Counted from the stretch's first letter, positions 30,678 through 39,806 are shown. The stretch is 64,000 bases of DNA from a virus (IMGVR_UViG_3300032295_002257:15492-79491), one strand, 5' to 3'. Notes: a model not told the origin generated them from the letters alone. Program-made: numbers and translations.

Positions 30678-31649
30678 TTATGCTTTTGTTTTTTGAGATT
30701 CAACTGCTTGTTTACCATTTTCATTTAATCTCCACAATGCAACTGTAGAAAAATCTACATTATTTTTTTGAATAGCTCTTTGAGTAAAATCACTTACCCA
30801 TTTAAATCCTGTCCAAACTTGTATGTGTCCATATGGTTTATTATTTGTATAACCCATAACAACTATATCCCCAACTTGCCATTGTGATGCATTATCAAAA
30901 TAAGATAAAGATATTTTAACTTTATCATTGTAATAAACTTTACCACCTATATTATTTGCAAATGAACTTCTACCCCCACCAGTACTTGGATTTTTAAAAG
31001 AAAACCAATCAGCGTTTCCACTAATTCTCCCCAACCCAGAAACACCAGTTAGAGCGGCAACAACCGCTTGAGTACCTTGTGGACACAAACCATGTATTCC
31101 CTTAATATATCCTGATTTTAAATTTTCATATCTAACTTTTGGATTTTTTCCAAGTTTTGGAGCCAATCCTCCTGCAATTTTTAAAAGTTCATCTAAATTC
31201 TTATAACCACTTTTTAGAGTATTATCAGTTCCAGTAACTTCCACAACACCCTGTTCATATAATGCATTATCAATAATTTCTGCAACAACATTATTTAATT
31301 GAGTTGCGGCAGTTTTTCCTAAATCATCAGTTGCTCCACTTAATGAAATTTGTTGATCAATTTTATTAATATCGGGATTGATAATAGCTTGAACTTCTGG
31401 ACTATTTTTATCTAAAGGTATTTTACTCCAATCAAGTTTATCATAGACATTAACGTTTGGTTGCGATGGAGATGCAGGTGGAACTGTGTAACCCGTCCAC
31501 AAAACAATACCTGGTGCAGGAGTTGATAATGGTGGATATAATGATACAGTGCTAGCCATACCACTAACAGTAGTTAAATGAATTGTTGCATATCTTATAA
31601 ATTCATCTACAATTAATTCGGTATTATTGGTTGGTGGTATTGCTGCCAT
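30678..31649 (-). CDS. Virion-associated peptidoglycan amidase (CHAP/NlpC-P60-like C-terminal domain)
   Basis: Candidate catalytic Cys (GLCPQG) and His (YGHIQVWTG..WVSDF). Confidence 0.65.
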   Translation of the reverse strand: MAAIPPTNNTELIVDEFIRYATIHLTTVSGMASTVSLYPPLSTPAPGIVLWTGYTVPPASPSQPNVNVYDKLDWSKIPLDKNSPEVQAIINPDINKIDQQISLSGATDDLGKTAATQLNNVVAEIIDNALYEQGVVEVTGTDNTLKSGYKNLDELLKIAGGLAPKLGKNPKVRYENLKSGYIKGIHGLCPQGTQAVVAALTGVSGLGRISGNADWFSFKNPSTGGGRSSFANNIGGKVYYNDKVKISLSYFDNASQWQVGDIVVMGYTNNKPYGHIQVWTGFKWVSDFTQRAIQKNNVDFSTVALWRLNENGKQAVESQKTKA

Positions 31650-32785
31650 TATGCGTAATATAATTTAATTCCAGATTCATATTTACTTTTATACATAGTA
31701 AGTAATTGTTTTCGTTGACTACCATTTCGTTTACAACTTAGATGAAACCAAATATTATTCCCATGTTCAAATATAAATTGGTCAAATGGTAAATTAGCTC
31801 TTACCCATCTAGAGGCTTCCAAATACTCCGATGGTGAAAATCCTGAAAACTGAATATCAACTGCTTCTCCTTTTTCATGTTGAGATACCCCACCAGGAAC
31901 GGAAGGAGTTCCTCTAAACCCCGAATTTATTCTGGCATTTGGAAATTGTTTTTTGAGTGGTTCTAATATATTAATTGCTACATTTTGTAAATTACAAACA
32001 ATATCATTTTCACTCAATCCTCTTTGTGCTTTTATTTTATGTGGAAATCCAGCTCCTATCGATAAATCTCGTAATCTATAATTTGGTGAAATTTTTGCAT
32101 CGTAATCAAGACCAGAACCACATTTTATAGATTCTGCTTCTTTATTTGTAACGGGTTCATCATCTTTTTCATCTATCACAGGTTCTATTTCTTCATATGG
32201 AGTATTATCCGCAGGTAGCTCATCCATTACTCGTGATAATTGAGGGCCCGGATCATCTCCCGCATCTACCAATATTTCCTTTCCCGTTTGGGCAACAACT
32301 TCTTTAGCCCCCTCAACTGTATTATTATCTGCGGGTAATTCATCCAATAAAGTTGCAGTAGGTATTTCGGGTGGTGCAGCAGGTGTGGGAGGAATTGATA
32401 TTGCAGGAGTCCATGTACCTGGATTTGTAACTATGTTAGATGTAACTCCAACATTACTAATTGCTCCAGGCGATGGAATTAACGGAAACGGAAATTCGTT
32501 TAGTATTGCACCTTGCCAATATGCCAATACACCCTTTCCCATTTCACCAACTAAATCATATGGGTTGGTAGATGATAATCCCTTTTGAAGGGCTGCTTTA
32601 AACAGCTGCTCCATTATTTCTGTATTACCTTTTTTAAGAGCAACCCTATTAATCGTATCACCACCTCTTTTTATTGCAGCATCATATTCGGTTGCATACA
32701 ATTTTGCTACAGTATCTATATCTTTTATAGAATCCGGATTGTTAGCTTTTGCTAAAATATTTTGTTTAAAAATTTCCCAAGACAT
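31649..32785 (-). CDS. Virion-associated Zn peptidase M15A-like peptidoglycan hydrolase with N-terminal structural domain
   Basis: INSGFR, SQHEKGEAVDI (HxxxxxxD) and WFHLS zinc ligands; Pro- and acidic-rich linker. Confidence 0.8.
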   Translation of the reverse strand: MSWEIFKQNILAKANNPDSIKDIDTVAKLYATEYDAAIKRGGDTINRVALKKGNTEIMEQLFKAALQKGLSSTNPYDLVGEMGKGVLAYWQGAILNEFPFPLIPSPGAISNVGVTSNIVTNPGTWTPAISIPPTPAAPPEIPTATLLDELPADNNTVEGAKEVVAQTGKEILVDAGDDPGPQLSRVMDELPADNTPYEEIEPVIDEKDDEPVTNKEAESIKCGSGLDYDAKISPNYRLRDLSIGAGFPHKIKAQRGLSENDIVCNLQNVAINILEPLKKQFPNARINSGFRGTPSVPGGVSQHEKGEAVDIQFSGFSPSEYLEASRWVRANLPFDQFIFEHGNNIWFHLSCKRNGSQRKQLLTMYKSKYESGIKLYYA

Positions 32786-32791
32786 ATAATT

Positions 32792-33343
32792 TTATATTTT
32801 AGGAATGTTAGATGTAACATTTGAAATCTTATCAGTAGCAGATGATGCCATTGATGTTATTCCACCAACTGCTCCCTTTACGCCGGAAGTTATTCCACCA
32901 ACTGCACCTGTTACTCCCGCAGCTGCTCCAGCTATAGCTCCAGCCACATTTGGAACTTTTGGTAATTCTATAGATGGCACCGATGGGATTGGTGGTACTT
33001 TAGGTATATTTGGAAGTTTACTTTTCTTAAACTTTTTTATTCTATCTTCAGGTAACTTCTTTGGTTTGAATTTTGGAACTTTTGGAAGTTTTGGTAGTTT
33101 GAATCCCTTTATAGCTGCAATTGCTCCGGTAACCGCACCTACTGCACCCGCTGCCGCTGCTTTAGCTGCATCAGCTGCGGCTTTAGCTTTATCAGCTGCT
33201 TCCTTTGCTGCGGCTTTAGCTTTATCCGCTGCGGCTTGTGCTGCTGCTTTAGCTTTATCTGCCTGTTCTTTTGCTAATGCTTTAGCTTGGTCAGCTTGTG
33301 CTTTGGCTTGATTTGATACTTCTTTTGAACTTATTTCTGCCAT
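32792..33343 (-). CDS. Ala/Lys/Pro/Gly-rich low-complexity protein
   Basis: ADKAKAAA repeats, PKxPK repeats and GAVGGIT repeats; abuts both neighbouring genes. Confidence 0.55.
   Translation of the reverse strand: MAEISSKEVSNQAKAQADQAKALAKEQADKAKAAAQAAADKAKAAAKEAADKAKAAADAAKAAAAGAVGAVTGAIAAIKGFKLPKLPKVPKFKPKKLPEDRIKKFKKSKLPNIPKVPPIPSVPSIELPKVPNVAGAIAGAAAGVTGAVGGITSGVKGAVGGITSMASSATDKISNVTSNIPKI
33130..33310 (-). repeat. Coding tandem repeat of about 33 nt (ADKAKAAAxxA)
   Basis: GCTTTAGCTTTATC recurs three times on the plus strand. Confidence 0.7.
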
Positions 33344-34572
33344 TATGAAGTTTGATTTAATTTACTAAGTATATTATTCAACTTTGATTTTATACCACCA
33401 AAATCTGATATATTTTCAGGTCCTACTTTTGTTGGGCCTGATGGAGTTAGGAATACTTGATTTGTTATTGCATCTATTAATTCTGAAAGAATGTTAACCA
33501 ATTGCTGTCCCTTAACTATTGGTTCTAATTCTGTGTTACCCAAAAATATAGAACCCTTTCCAGTATACATTAGAATATCTCTATCATTTGTAATCACATT
33601 TATATTATCACCAACACTAACATCAATCCCTAACTTATTATCAATTGACATTGCCCCATCGGAAATAAATCCATAATTTTTTTTGGAGTAAAACATCATT
33701 TCTGCATTTTTTGCTGAAATTATTACTCTTCCCGAATTTATAAGTATTTGGTCTCCAATTAGTTTTGATGGGTAATCTCCAAATGATTGTGGCTTTGTTT
33801 CAAAATCAGATTTACCATTATCATCAACTGTACCCGGTTGAAATCCTAATTGATATTGGTCTGAACCAAATACTATCACACTTCCATCTCTGTTAATATC
33901 TTCTTCTACGACTTTATTTTGTCCTAATTTTCTATTTAATGGACTCTCACTATTTCGTATTATTAAAGTTGGTGAAAATTGATTTTTATCATTATTGAAA
34001 CCTGAAAATCTTATTGATTGACCAAATCGTGATTCTATTGTAGCATCACCTTCATATAGCTTTAATTTATGAATTCCCAATTGAGGTTGGTAGTATTTAC
34101 CATATCCTATATTTTCCGATGTATTGGTAGAACCTTTTGATATTCCAGTCGATGCTACTTCTTGATAATCCTTTGATGTATTTTTAGATTGGGGTTGTGG
34201 AGTTGTTGTATCAGTTATACTTGTTTTTGCATTTGTAAACGATGGATTAAAATCTAATCCTATTCTCCTATATCCATAGAATCCCGGTGAAAATTCATAT
34301 ATTTCAACTAATTCATTTTTAATTGGTAGGTTTTTAAAACCTTTATCCATAGGATGTGCAACAGGTAAATCACCTTCTGGTGTTGTTAAATCATCAGTTG
34401 TTCTAAATTTTATAGAACCAATAAATGAAGCCTCAATTCCTTTATCTTTTACAAATGGATGCGTATCATCTAATATAATATCATAAACATATGCAGTTTT
34501 TTTATTCTGCGCTGATCCATTTCTACCTGATAATGAATTTGAATTACCAACTCTTCCTCCAAATAATCCCAT
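33343..34572 (-). CDS. Baseplate hub/spike protein (gp5/VgrG-like)
   Basis: OB-fold-like N-terminus (LPIKNELV), EGDATIESRFGQSIRFS, beta-helix-like C-terminus ending in TPSGPT; position in the baseplate block. Confidence 0.6.
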   Translation of the reverse strand: MGLFGGRVGNSNSLSGRNGSAQNKKTAYVYDIILDDTHPFVKDKGIEASFIGSIKFRTTDDLTTPEGDLPVAHPMDKGFKNLPIKNELVEIYEFSPGFYGYRRIGLDFNPSFTNAKTSITDTTTPQPQSKNTSKDYQEVASTGISKGSTNTSENIGYGKYYQPQLGIHKLKLYEGDATIESRFGQSIRFSGFNNDKNQFSPTLIIRNSESPLNRKLGQNKVVEEDINRDGSVIVFGSDQYQLGFQPGTVDDNGKSDFETKPQSFGDYPSKLIGDQILINSGRVIISAKNAEMMFYSKKNYGFISDGAMSIDNKLGIDVSVGDNINVITNDRDILMYTGKGSIFLGNTELEPIVKGQQLVNILSELIDAITNQVFLTPSGPTKVGPENISDFGGIKSKLNNILSKLNQTS

Positions 34573-34573
34573 A

Positions 34574-34966
34574 TTATTTAAGTTTCTTTTTTATTTCTTC
34601 TAACTCAATTCCAAGTTCATCTATCTTCTCAACTTCATTTTTGGTATCCTCCAAATCGTTAAGTAATTGAGCTTTTTCCTCTTCAGTAAGGAATCCATCC
34701 TGTCCTTCGGTTTTCTTATCTGCGGTTATAATTTTTTGTGCAATGCTTGCAAGTTTAACCAATTGGTCATCGTTTTTAATAGATGAATCGATAAGGTCTT
34801 TTATAATTGGGCCAAGCATACCCACATCACCTTTATGCTGAATCATTTTTTTGATTTCAGAAATCAGTCCTGATATTCTTTCTTTTTTACTTGTTTGATT
34901 ATCGTAGATATCTTTAAATAACCCGCTTAGATTTTTACCAGGAAATATTTCAAATTCTGTACTCAT
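34574..34966 (-). CDS. Hypothetical helical protein
   Basis: 130-aa ORF with late motif at 34993-35000. Confidence 0.55.
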   Translation of the reverse strand: MSTEFEIFPGKNLSGLFKDIYDNQTSKKERISGLISEIKKMIQHKGDVGMLGPIIKDLIDSSIKNDDQLVKLASIAQKIITADKKTEGQDGFLTEEEKAQLLNDLEDTKNEVEKIDELGIELEEIKKKLK

Positions 34967-35004
34967 AGCTTTTTTATATATTAGTTCAAACTATAAATAT
35001 ATAA

Positions 35005-35034
35005 AAAGAAAAAACCTCACTTTGGATGAGGTTT
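35005..35034 (-). terminator. Intrinsic terminator
   Basis: Minus strand AAACCTCA-TCCAAAG-TGAGGTTT followed by TTTCTTTTT. Confidence 0.7.
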
Positions 35035-35131
35035 ATGATTTTTTCTTGTAAATTCCCTTTTTTTGTTGTTCCTTTACAGTCTTTTTAGCCATTCTTTTAC
35101 GATTCTTAGCTACTGATTCTCTCTTTGTCAT
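35033..35131 (-). CDS. Small basic peptide (32 aa)
   Basis: Not in the ORF track: MTKRESVAKNRKRMAKKTVKEQQKKGIYKKKS. Starts 1 nt after the upstream stop and ends in the terminator. Confidence 0.45.
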   Translation of the reverse strand: MTKRESVAKNRKRMAKKTVKEQQKKGIYKKKS

Positions 35132-35132
35132 T

Positions 35133-35945
35133 TTAAACTGCGGTTATTTGAATTTTTATTTTTGGTTCATATCCATCAGGTAGGCTTCTTTTAATACCTT
35201 CGAATTTTTCTACTTTATCTTTTAAATAATGTAATGAAAATATCTTATCAGTTAAGTTCATAACAGTTTGTGATGATGTGAACATTTTATTTGTATCTCT
35301 TCTCATATTAAGTTGAGAATCGGATTTATAAAATTGTTTTCTCATCATAGGTGCGATTTGATGCCAATCGGTTACCTTATCTATTGTTTTTTCTGCTGAT
35401 ATTTTTCTTATAGTAGAACTCTTATAGTCTATACCATTAGTATATCCCGCATCACTAAATATATGTCCGTGATTTGTTCTAACTACCGGATTTTCAATGT
35501 TTTGTAAAGTTAATTGAGGTTCGTGTTTGGAAGTTTGTTCAACTGAAATCATATACTTCGGAGATGATACAAAAGTATGCCCCTTTACACCACTATTAGT
35601 TCCACTCTTACCTACTACAACTTTAACTGCATCCTTTAGAGTTTTTTTGGATAATACTTCTCTAATTCTAGCTCCATCTTTTGATGGTTTACCCTTCTTC
35701 TTAACAATTTTCTTTTCAGCCTCGTCATGCCCAACCATAAGTGCTGAGTTAACTAAACCTATTCCAAACTCATTCATACCTTCACTCCAATCAGTTGTTA
35801 CATCATGTAAGTAAACTACCTCAACTCCATCTAAGATGGTATGCACCACCTCTAAAACGGGTTTATAAGCCCTGTCTCTATTTTTTGCGAGAATAAACTT
35901 ATCGTTTACTTCTTTAGATACAATGATACATTCTAATAAATTCAC
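35133..35945 (-). CDS. Ntn-hydrolase (C45/C59-like) with nucleophile Cys6
   Basis: GTG start. C-IIV...LAKNRD, WSEGMNEFG and VRTNH match the Cys-Ntn pattern (C...xRNxD...GxNExG...TNH). Confidence 0.65.
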   Translation of the reverse strand: MNLLECIIVSKEVNDKFILAKNRDRAYKPVLEVVHTILDGVEVVYLHDVTTDWSEGMNEFGIGLVNSALMVGHDEAEKKIVKKKGKPSKDGARIREVLSKKTLKDAVKVVVGKSGTNSGVKGHTFVSSPKYMISVEQTSKHEPQLTLQNIENPVVRTNHGHIFSDAGYTNGIDYKSSTIRKISAEKTIDKVTDWHQIAPMMRKQFYKSDSQLNMRRDTNKMFTSSQTVMNLTDKIFSLHYLKDKVEKFEGIKRSLPDGYEPKIKIQITAV

Positions 35946-36005
35946 TTTCTGATTGGGTTTGTGACAATAAATATAAAAAAATGTATAATATCATTATTTT
36001 TAAAT

Positions 36006-36039
36006 AAAAAATGGGGAGAATTAAATCCTCCCCAAAAAA
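36006..36039 (-). terminator. Intrinsic terminator
   Basis: GGGGAG-AATTAAATC-CTCCCC hairpin with a plus-strand A tract on the left. Confidence 0.65.
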
Positions 36040-36078
36040 TACACTAATAATGCACTAAAAATAAAAAATTTGGTTATC

Positions 36079-36333
36079 TTATCCCTCTTCTTCAGTTGAA
36101 TCAGCTTTTTTACTATTGATAAACTTATCAATTGAACCGATACCAAATGAGCCCAAGCAGATAACTAAAAATGAGTTATAAATAAACTCATTAATAACCA
36201 AGTCTTTACCAAAATACCCAGTTACCAAATCAGCTACCATAGCTACTACCATTACAGCAAATGCTGCAAAACCAACGACTGATTTTTCGTTGATTTGATT
36301 ATCATCGCTAAATAATTCTTTCCAAAATCCCAT
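36079..36333 (-). CDS. Holin-like two-TM membrane protein
   Basis: 84 aa, two hydrophobic helices, charged C-terminus. Confidence 0.5.
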   Translation of the reverse strand: MGFWKELFSDDNQINEKSVVGFAAFAVMVVAMVADLVTGYFGKDLVINEFIYNSFLVICLGSFGIGSIDKFINSKKADSTEEEG

Positions 36334-36400
36334 AGTTTTAAATTTAAAATTTTAATTAACTATGTAACCTTATATTGCTGAGAACTATTGCTGAAAACTA

Positions 36401-36772
36401 TTATTGTAAGTTTGTTAACTTATATTTTGTTGAATATAATAAAGTTGCTATCTGGTCCAAATCATTCTGAATCCAACTTGATTGTAATTTAGGTTCTTTT
36501 CTTTCCTTTGCTAAAAATTTAGAAAGGTTATCAAAGTATCTAACCATATTCTCTTTGGATGCATCGTTATCTACCCCATTTACTTCCTTATATTCGATTA
36601 AACCATATTGTCCCTGGTAAGTTTCAACCAAACCATCTATAAGTGGTATAATCCCTTCGTAATAGGTTTGTAGAGCGGTGTGTGCTGCTAATGAACCCGG
36701 CCCAGTTACTCTTGTATGAAATATGTGGGCCTGAGTGCGGCTGTGAAAAAACATTGATGCTATGCGCTCCAT
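36401..36772 (-). CDS. Ferritin/Dps-like four-helix protein (DUF5856-like)
   Basis: FHSRTQAHIFH...AHTALQTYY...DGLVETYQG...YKL. Confidence 0.7.
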   Translation of the reverse strand: MERIASMFFHSRTQAHIFHTRVTGPGSLAAHTALQTYYEGIIPLIDGLVETYQGQYGLIEYKEVNGVDNDASKENMVRYFDNLSKFLAKERKEPKLQSSWIQNDLDQIATLLYSTKYKLTNLQ

Positions 36773-36819
36773 AATATATTCTATTTTACTATAATAAATA
36801 TGAATATTTAGAAAAATAG

Positions 36820-37665
36820 TTATTTTAAGGATTTTAATCTGATGTAGTTGGTATATTCTTGAACCATAATCTGATTTAAACTTTGAAAAAAGTTGATTAT
36901 ATAAGATTGATTTAAATGGCTATCTAACCAATTTTTATAGATGGCATTATTGGTGGTGTCCATTGATAATGAATGATACTCTTGCATATCGTATTTATCA
37001 TCAATATCAATTACCGAAAATCTACTATTAAACTTATTTGCAAAATAATAAAGAAATACATTCCAAGCTGAAGTATGTTCATCTTCTGTAATTCGATTGT
37101 ATATGTTTTCTGAAAAATAGTTTAGGACTATATCGGAATCAATCCTATTAAATTTTTTGATTGTGAATTGAACATTATTGTTTTTTGATATATCCATATA
37201 TTTGGATACAATATCAACCACTTCATTATTATCAATTTCCGATACATCGGAAAGCATTGAATCTACTAATTCAACAAACCCACTAAGTAATCTAATTATC
37301 GGGTTTCTTGTAACAAAAACCCAATGCCAATTTTTAGAAATTTTATTTGTTGTAATATCTTCAATATTATCTATATTCAAAATATCCAAAAACTCATCAA
37401 CTTTTATATTTGAATTATCTTTAAAATACTCAAAGCTATAATCATAAAATTGAATATCGTTAACATTATCAATATGGTTATATAGATTTCTATTTTTTAC
37501 CCTAAATTCAATAAATTTAGTTTCCGAATCTATATGTTCAAAATATCTACTAGCTATTTTTTTCGTAGTTACATATATTTTATCTTTGGCAATACTAAAA
37601 CATATTATTGGTAATCCAATTGATGCATTTTTCTTTAAACAGCTTAATATATATTCTAAATCCAT
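36820..37665 (-). CDS. Sulfotransferase-fold protein (family 2-like)
   Basis: TKKIASRY (5'-PSB-like), FVTRNPIIRLLSG (3'-PB-like), DEHT. Confidence 0.55.
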   Translation of the reverse strand: MDLEYILSCLKKNASIGLPIICFSIAKDKIYVTTKKIASRYFEHIDSETKFIEFRVKNRNLYNHIDNVNDIQFYDYSFEYFKDNSNIKVDEFLDILNIDNIEDITTNKISKNWHWVFVTRNPIIRLLSGFVELVDSMLSDVSEIDNNEVVDIVSKYMDISKNNNVQFTIKKFNRIDSDIVLNYFSENIYNRITEDEHTSAWNVFLYYFANKFNSRFSVIDIDDKYDMQEYHSLSMDTTNNAIYKNWLDSHLNQSYIINFFQSLNQIMVQEYTNYIRLKSLK

Positions 37666-37671
37666 ATTTAA

Positions 37672-38415
37672 TTATTCATCATCATCGCCATCGTATGTAT
37701 AACCTTCTGTCCAAAATTCATTAGAATTATCGGTAATCATACCATGCTCTAAATAATCATTAAGTAATTTAATTTGATGCTTTTTCATTTCGTTCACTAC
37801 CTTTGTAATGTAATGAGTCTTACAATCTGTCATTTCTCTGATAAGGAGATATAAGTGTTTCTTATTAAAGTTTTCTATGTATTGGCTTCTACGGAATAGT
37901 TCTAATACCGCATCTGCAATTTGTATATCTCTTTTTTTAGAAAATATTCTAGTAAGATTTTTATCCCAATATTTTAACATTAAATGTTTAAACTCAACAT
38001 ACTCATCACCTAATTGGGTTTCGTTAAAATCATTTGGTGGATTCCAACTTTCAGGCATTTCTGAAAGCAATGCTGTCTTTTTGAATCTTTTATAGTTTCC
38101 GTTATTTTTAAGGATTAGATGATTCTTTGCAACAATAGAAAAATAAGAGAAAGCCTTTCCCCTTCCTTCTTTAAACATATGTATCTTTTCAATTAGAGTA
38201 GATACTACTTCCATTTGAACATCAATCTTTGGAACATCAAAGTAAGAAAACTTAAATGTATTAAGAATGTTCTCTGCTAATTTTTCAAAAGGATATTGGA
38301 TTTCATCTTTATATATTTTATTCCTTACAACCGGGTCTTTTGTTAAGTTGTATTGTATAATAGCCTTTTCAGTATCTAATGTAAAATATACTTTATTCTT
38401 TCTTTTTCTAGGCAT
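37672..38415 (-). CDS. Phage RNA polymerase sigma factor (gp55-like late sigma candidate)
   Basis: Region-2-like FEKLAENI...KAFSYFSIVAKN and a C-terminal HTH-like segment. Confidence 0.7.
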   Translation of the reverse strand: MPRKRKNKVYFTLDTEKAIIQYNLTKDPVVRNKIYKDEIQYPFEKLAENILNTFKFSYFDVPKIDVQMEVVSTLIEKIHMFKEGRGKAFSYFSIVAKNHLILKNNGNYKRFKKTALLSEMPESWNPPNDFNETQLGDEYVEFKHLMLKYWDKNLTRIFSKKRDIQIADAVLELFRRSQYIENFNKKHLYLLIREMTDCKTHYITKVVNEMKKHQIKLLNDYLEHGMITDNSNEFWTEGYTYDGDDDE

Positions 38416-38689
38416 CTTGTTCTATATTATTGTATATTTCTATAATGGTTTTTAATTGTCTAAAAACAGAACCAACTTCATCATCCGATTCAAAAGATCC
38501 TCTCAAATCAATCTCTCTCATTTGTGCTAACATTGATTCCAAACCCTCTTTGGTTAATTCATCTTTTAATTGATATTCAATAATAGTATCTTCCAATTCT
38601 TCTATTCTAGTCAATAGGCGGAAGCCTCTGATAGTTAAGATAACAGAAATAATTAAAAGTCCTACGGATATTGATGTTAATATAATCAT
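38408..38689 (-). CDS. Membrane-anchored hypothetical protein
   Basis: N-terminal TM segment, then FESDDEVG. Confidence 0.55.
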   Translation of the reverse strand: MIILTSISVGLLIISVILTIRGFRLLTRIEELEDTIIEYQLKDELTKEGLESMLAQMREIDLRGSFESDDEVGSVFRQLKTIIEIYNNIEQDA

Positions 38690-38700
38690 ATTTTTAAATT

Positions 38701-38925
38701 TTAAGCTTCTCCAATTGTATTATTAAACCAACTATTCATTTGGTATTTTTGTTCTTCTTTTACCTGTAAACTTAATATCTCCAATTCTTTATTTAGTTTA
38801 TCAACTCTTTCCTTTAATCTGATTTCGAATTCACTTCTATCAAATATACCCTGCTCATCCATAATATCAACAATCAATTCTTGTATTATTTGAATTGCTA
38901 TTAATTGTTTATTTAGTTCTTCCAT
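38701..38925 (-). CDS. Hypothetical protein
   Basis: 74-aa ORF within the operon. Confidence 0.55.
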   Translation of the reverse strand: MEELNKQLIAIQIIQELIVDIMDEQGIFDRSEFEIRLKERVDKLNKELEILSLQVKEEQKYQMNSWFNNTIGEA

Positions 38926-38929
38926 TTTA

Positions 38930-39175
38930 TTATTTTGAGCCCGTTAAACAAGCACTTAGTATATTTATAATTTCTTCCCTTTCGGCTACTTTATCAACAT
39001 CCCAATCATTCCCAAAAGCCTTTTGTATTGTATTTGGATGATAACCCATAGCCGATGCTAATCTCCTACAAACTGTTTTAAATTCTGAAATGGTTAAATC
39101 TTCCGGTATAGTAAATTCTATATTTTTAGCTTCTCTATGGGATTCGGTTTCGGATGTGTATTTTAATCTTGCCAT
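38930..39175 (-). CDS. Hypothetical protein
   Basis: 81-aa ORF within the operon. Confidence 0.55.
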   Translation of the reverse strand: MARLKYTSETESHREAKNIEFTIPEDLTISEFKTVCRRLASAMGYHPNTIQKAFGNDWDVDKVAEREEIINILSACLTGSK

Positions 39176-39179
39176 ACTA

Positions 39180-39752
39180 CTAAATGCGATTCCAACCTTT
39201 TTGCAAATATGAATCTATTTTTTTAGCTTTTACAAATTCCATTTCACCATTTGGTCCTTGCAACATAACTCTCTCATTTCTACCTGCTTCTTTTGTTTTT
39301 ACGATAGTTTCAGAATACTGACGAGTAGGGTCTGTTATATCGATACCATTAATTGCATCTATTGCTCTTTGTGCCAATACAGCTTCCAATAAACCCGCAT
39401 CCATAAAGAATTCATCGGCATCTTTCCATTCTTCCTTATCTGCTTTGAATTCAACCTTTCCTAAATTATCGGTATTAACAATCACCCAAGGAACTCTGAT
39501 AGTTTTTCTAACTTTATTCTTATTAGTATCCTTTTCAAAATAGACCAATGGCTTATCTGAGAATTGTGAAATTGTTGGATTTACTAATGTAAGTTCATCA
39601 TCGATTTCTTTTAATCTAATGGTTACAATTCGTTTATCCATATCAACATCGGATGCGTTAAATACAACACCTGTTAGTTTTGATATTCTATTTTTATATT
39701 CGGCTATATCGGTTGCCGTAATTTCAGATTGATTTATTTTTCTTACTATCAT
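39180..39752 (-). CDS. Peptide deformylase-fold protein lacking catalytic residues
   Basis: PDF spacing kept (GVVFNASD, RIVTI, LVNPTI, YFEKD, IR, AVLAQRAIDAINGI), but no GxGxAAxQ, EGCLS or HExxH. Confidence 0.6.
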   Translation of the reverse strand: MIVRKINQSEITATDIAEYKNRISKLTGVVFNASDVDMDKRIVTIRLKEIDDELTLVNPTISQFSDKPLVYFEKDTNKNKVRKTIRVPWVIVNTDNLGKVEFKADKEEWKDADEFFMDAGLLEAVLAQRAIDAINGIDITDPTRQYSETIVKTKEAGRNERVMLQGPNGEMEFVKAKKIDSYLQKGWNRI

Positions 39753-39774
39753 TTAAATTAAGTTTATAATAATA

Positions 39775-39806
39775 CAAATATACAACTATTTTTGTATAAT
39801 TCCAAA
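39775..39806 (-). promoter_or_regulatory. Bacteroidota sigma-70-type promoter
   Basis: TTTG(39806-39803)-N20-TATATTTG(39782-39775). Confidence 0.75.

Noticed and set aside
32805-33311. 168-aa plus-strand Ala/Pro-rich ORF
   Set aside because: Antisense shadow of GCN-codon repeats. The minus frame abuts both neighbours and fits the operon.
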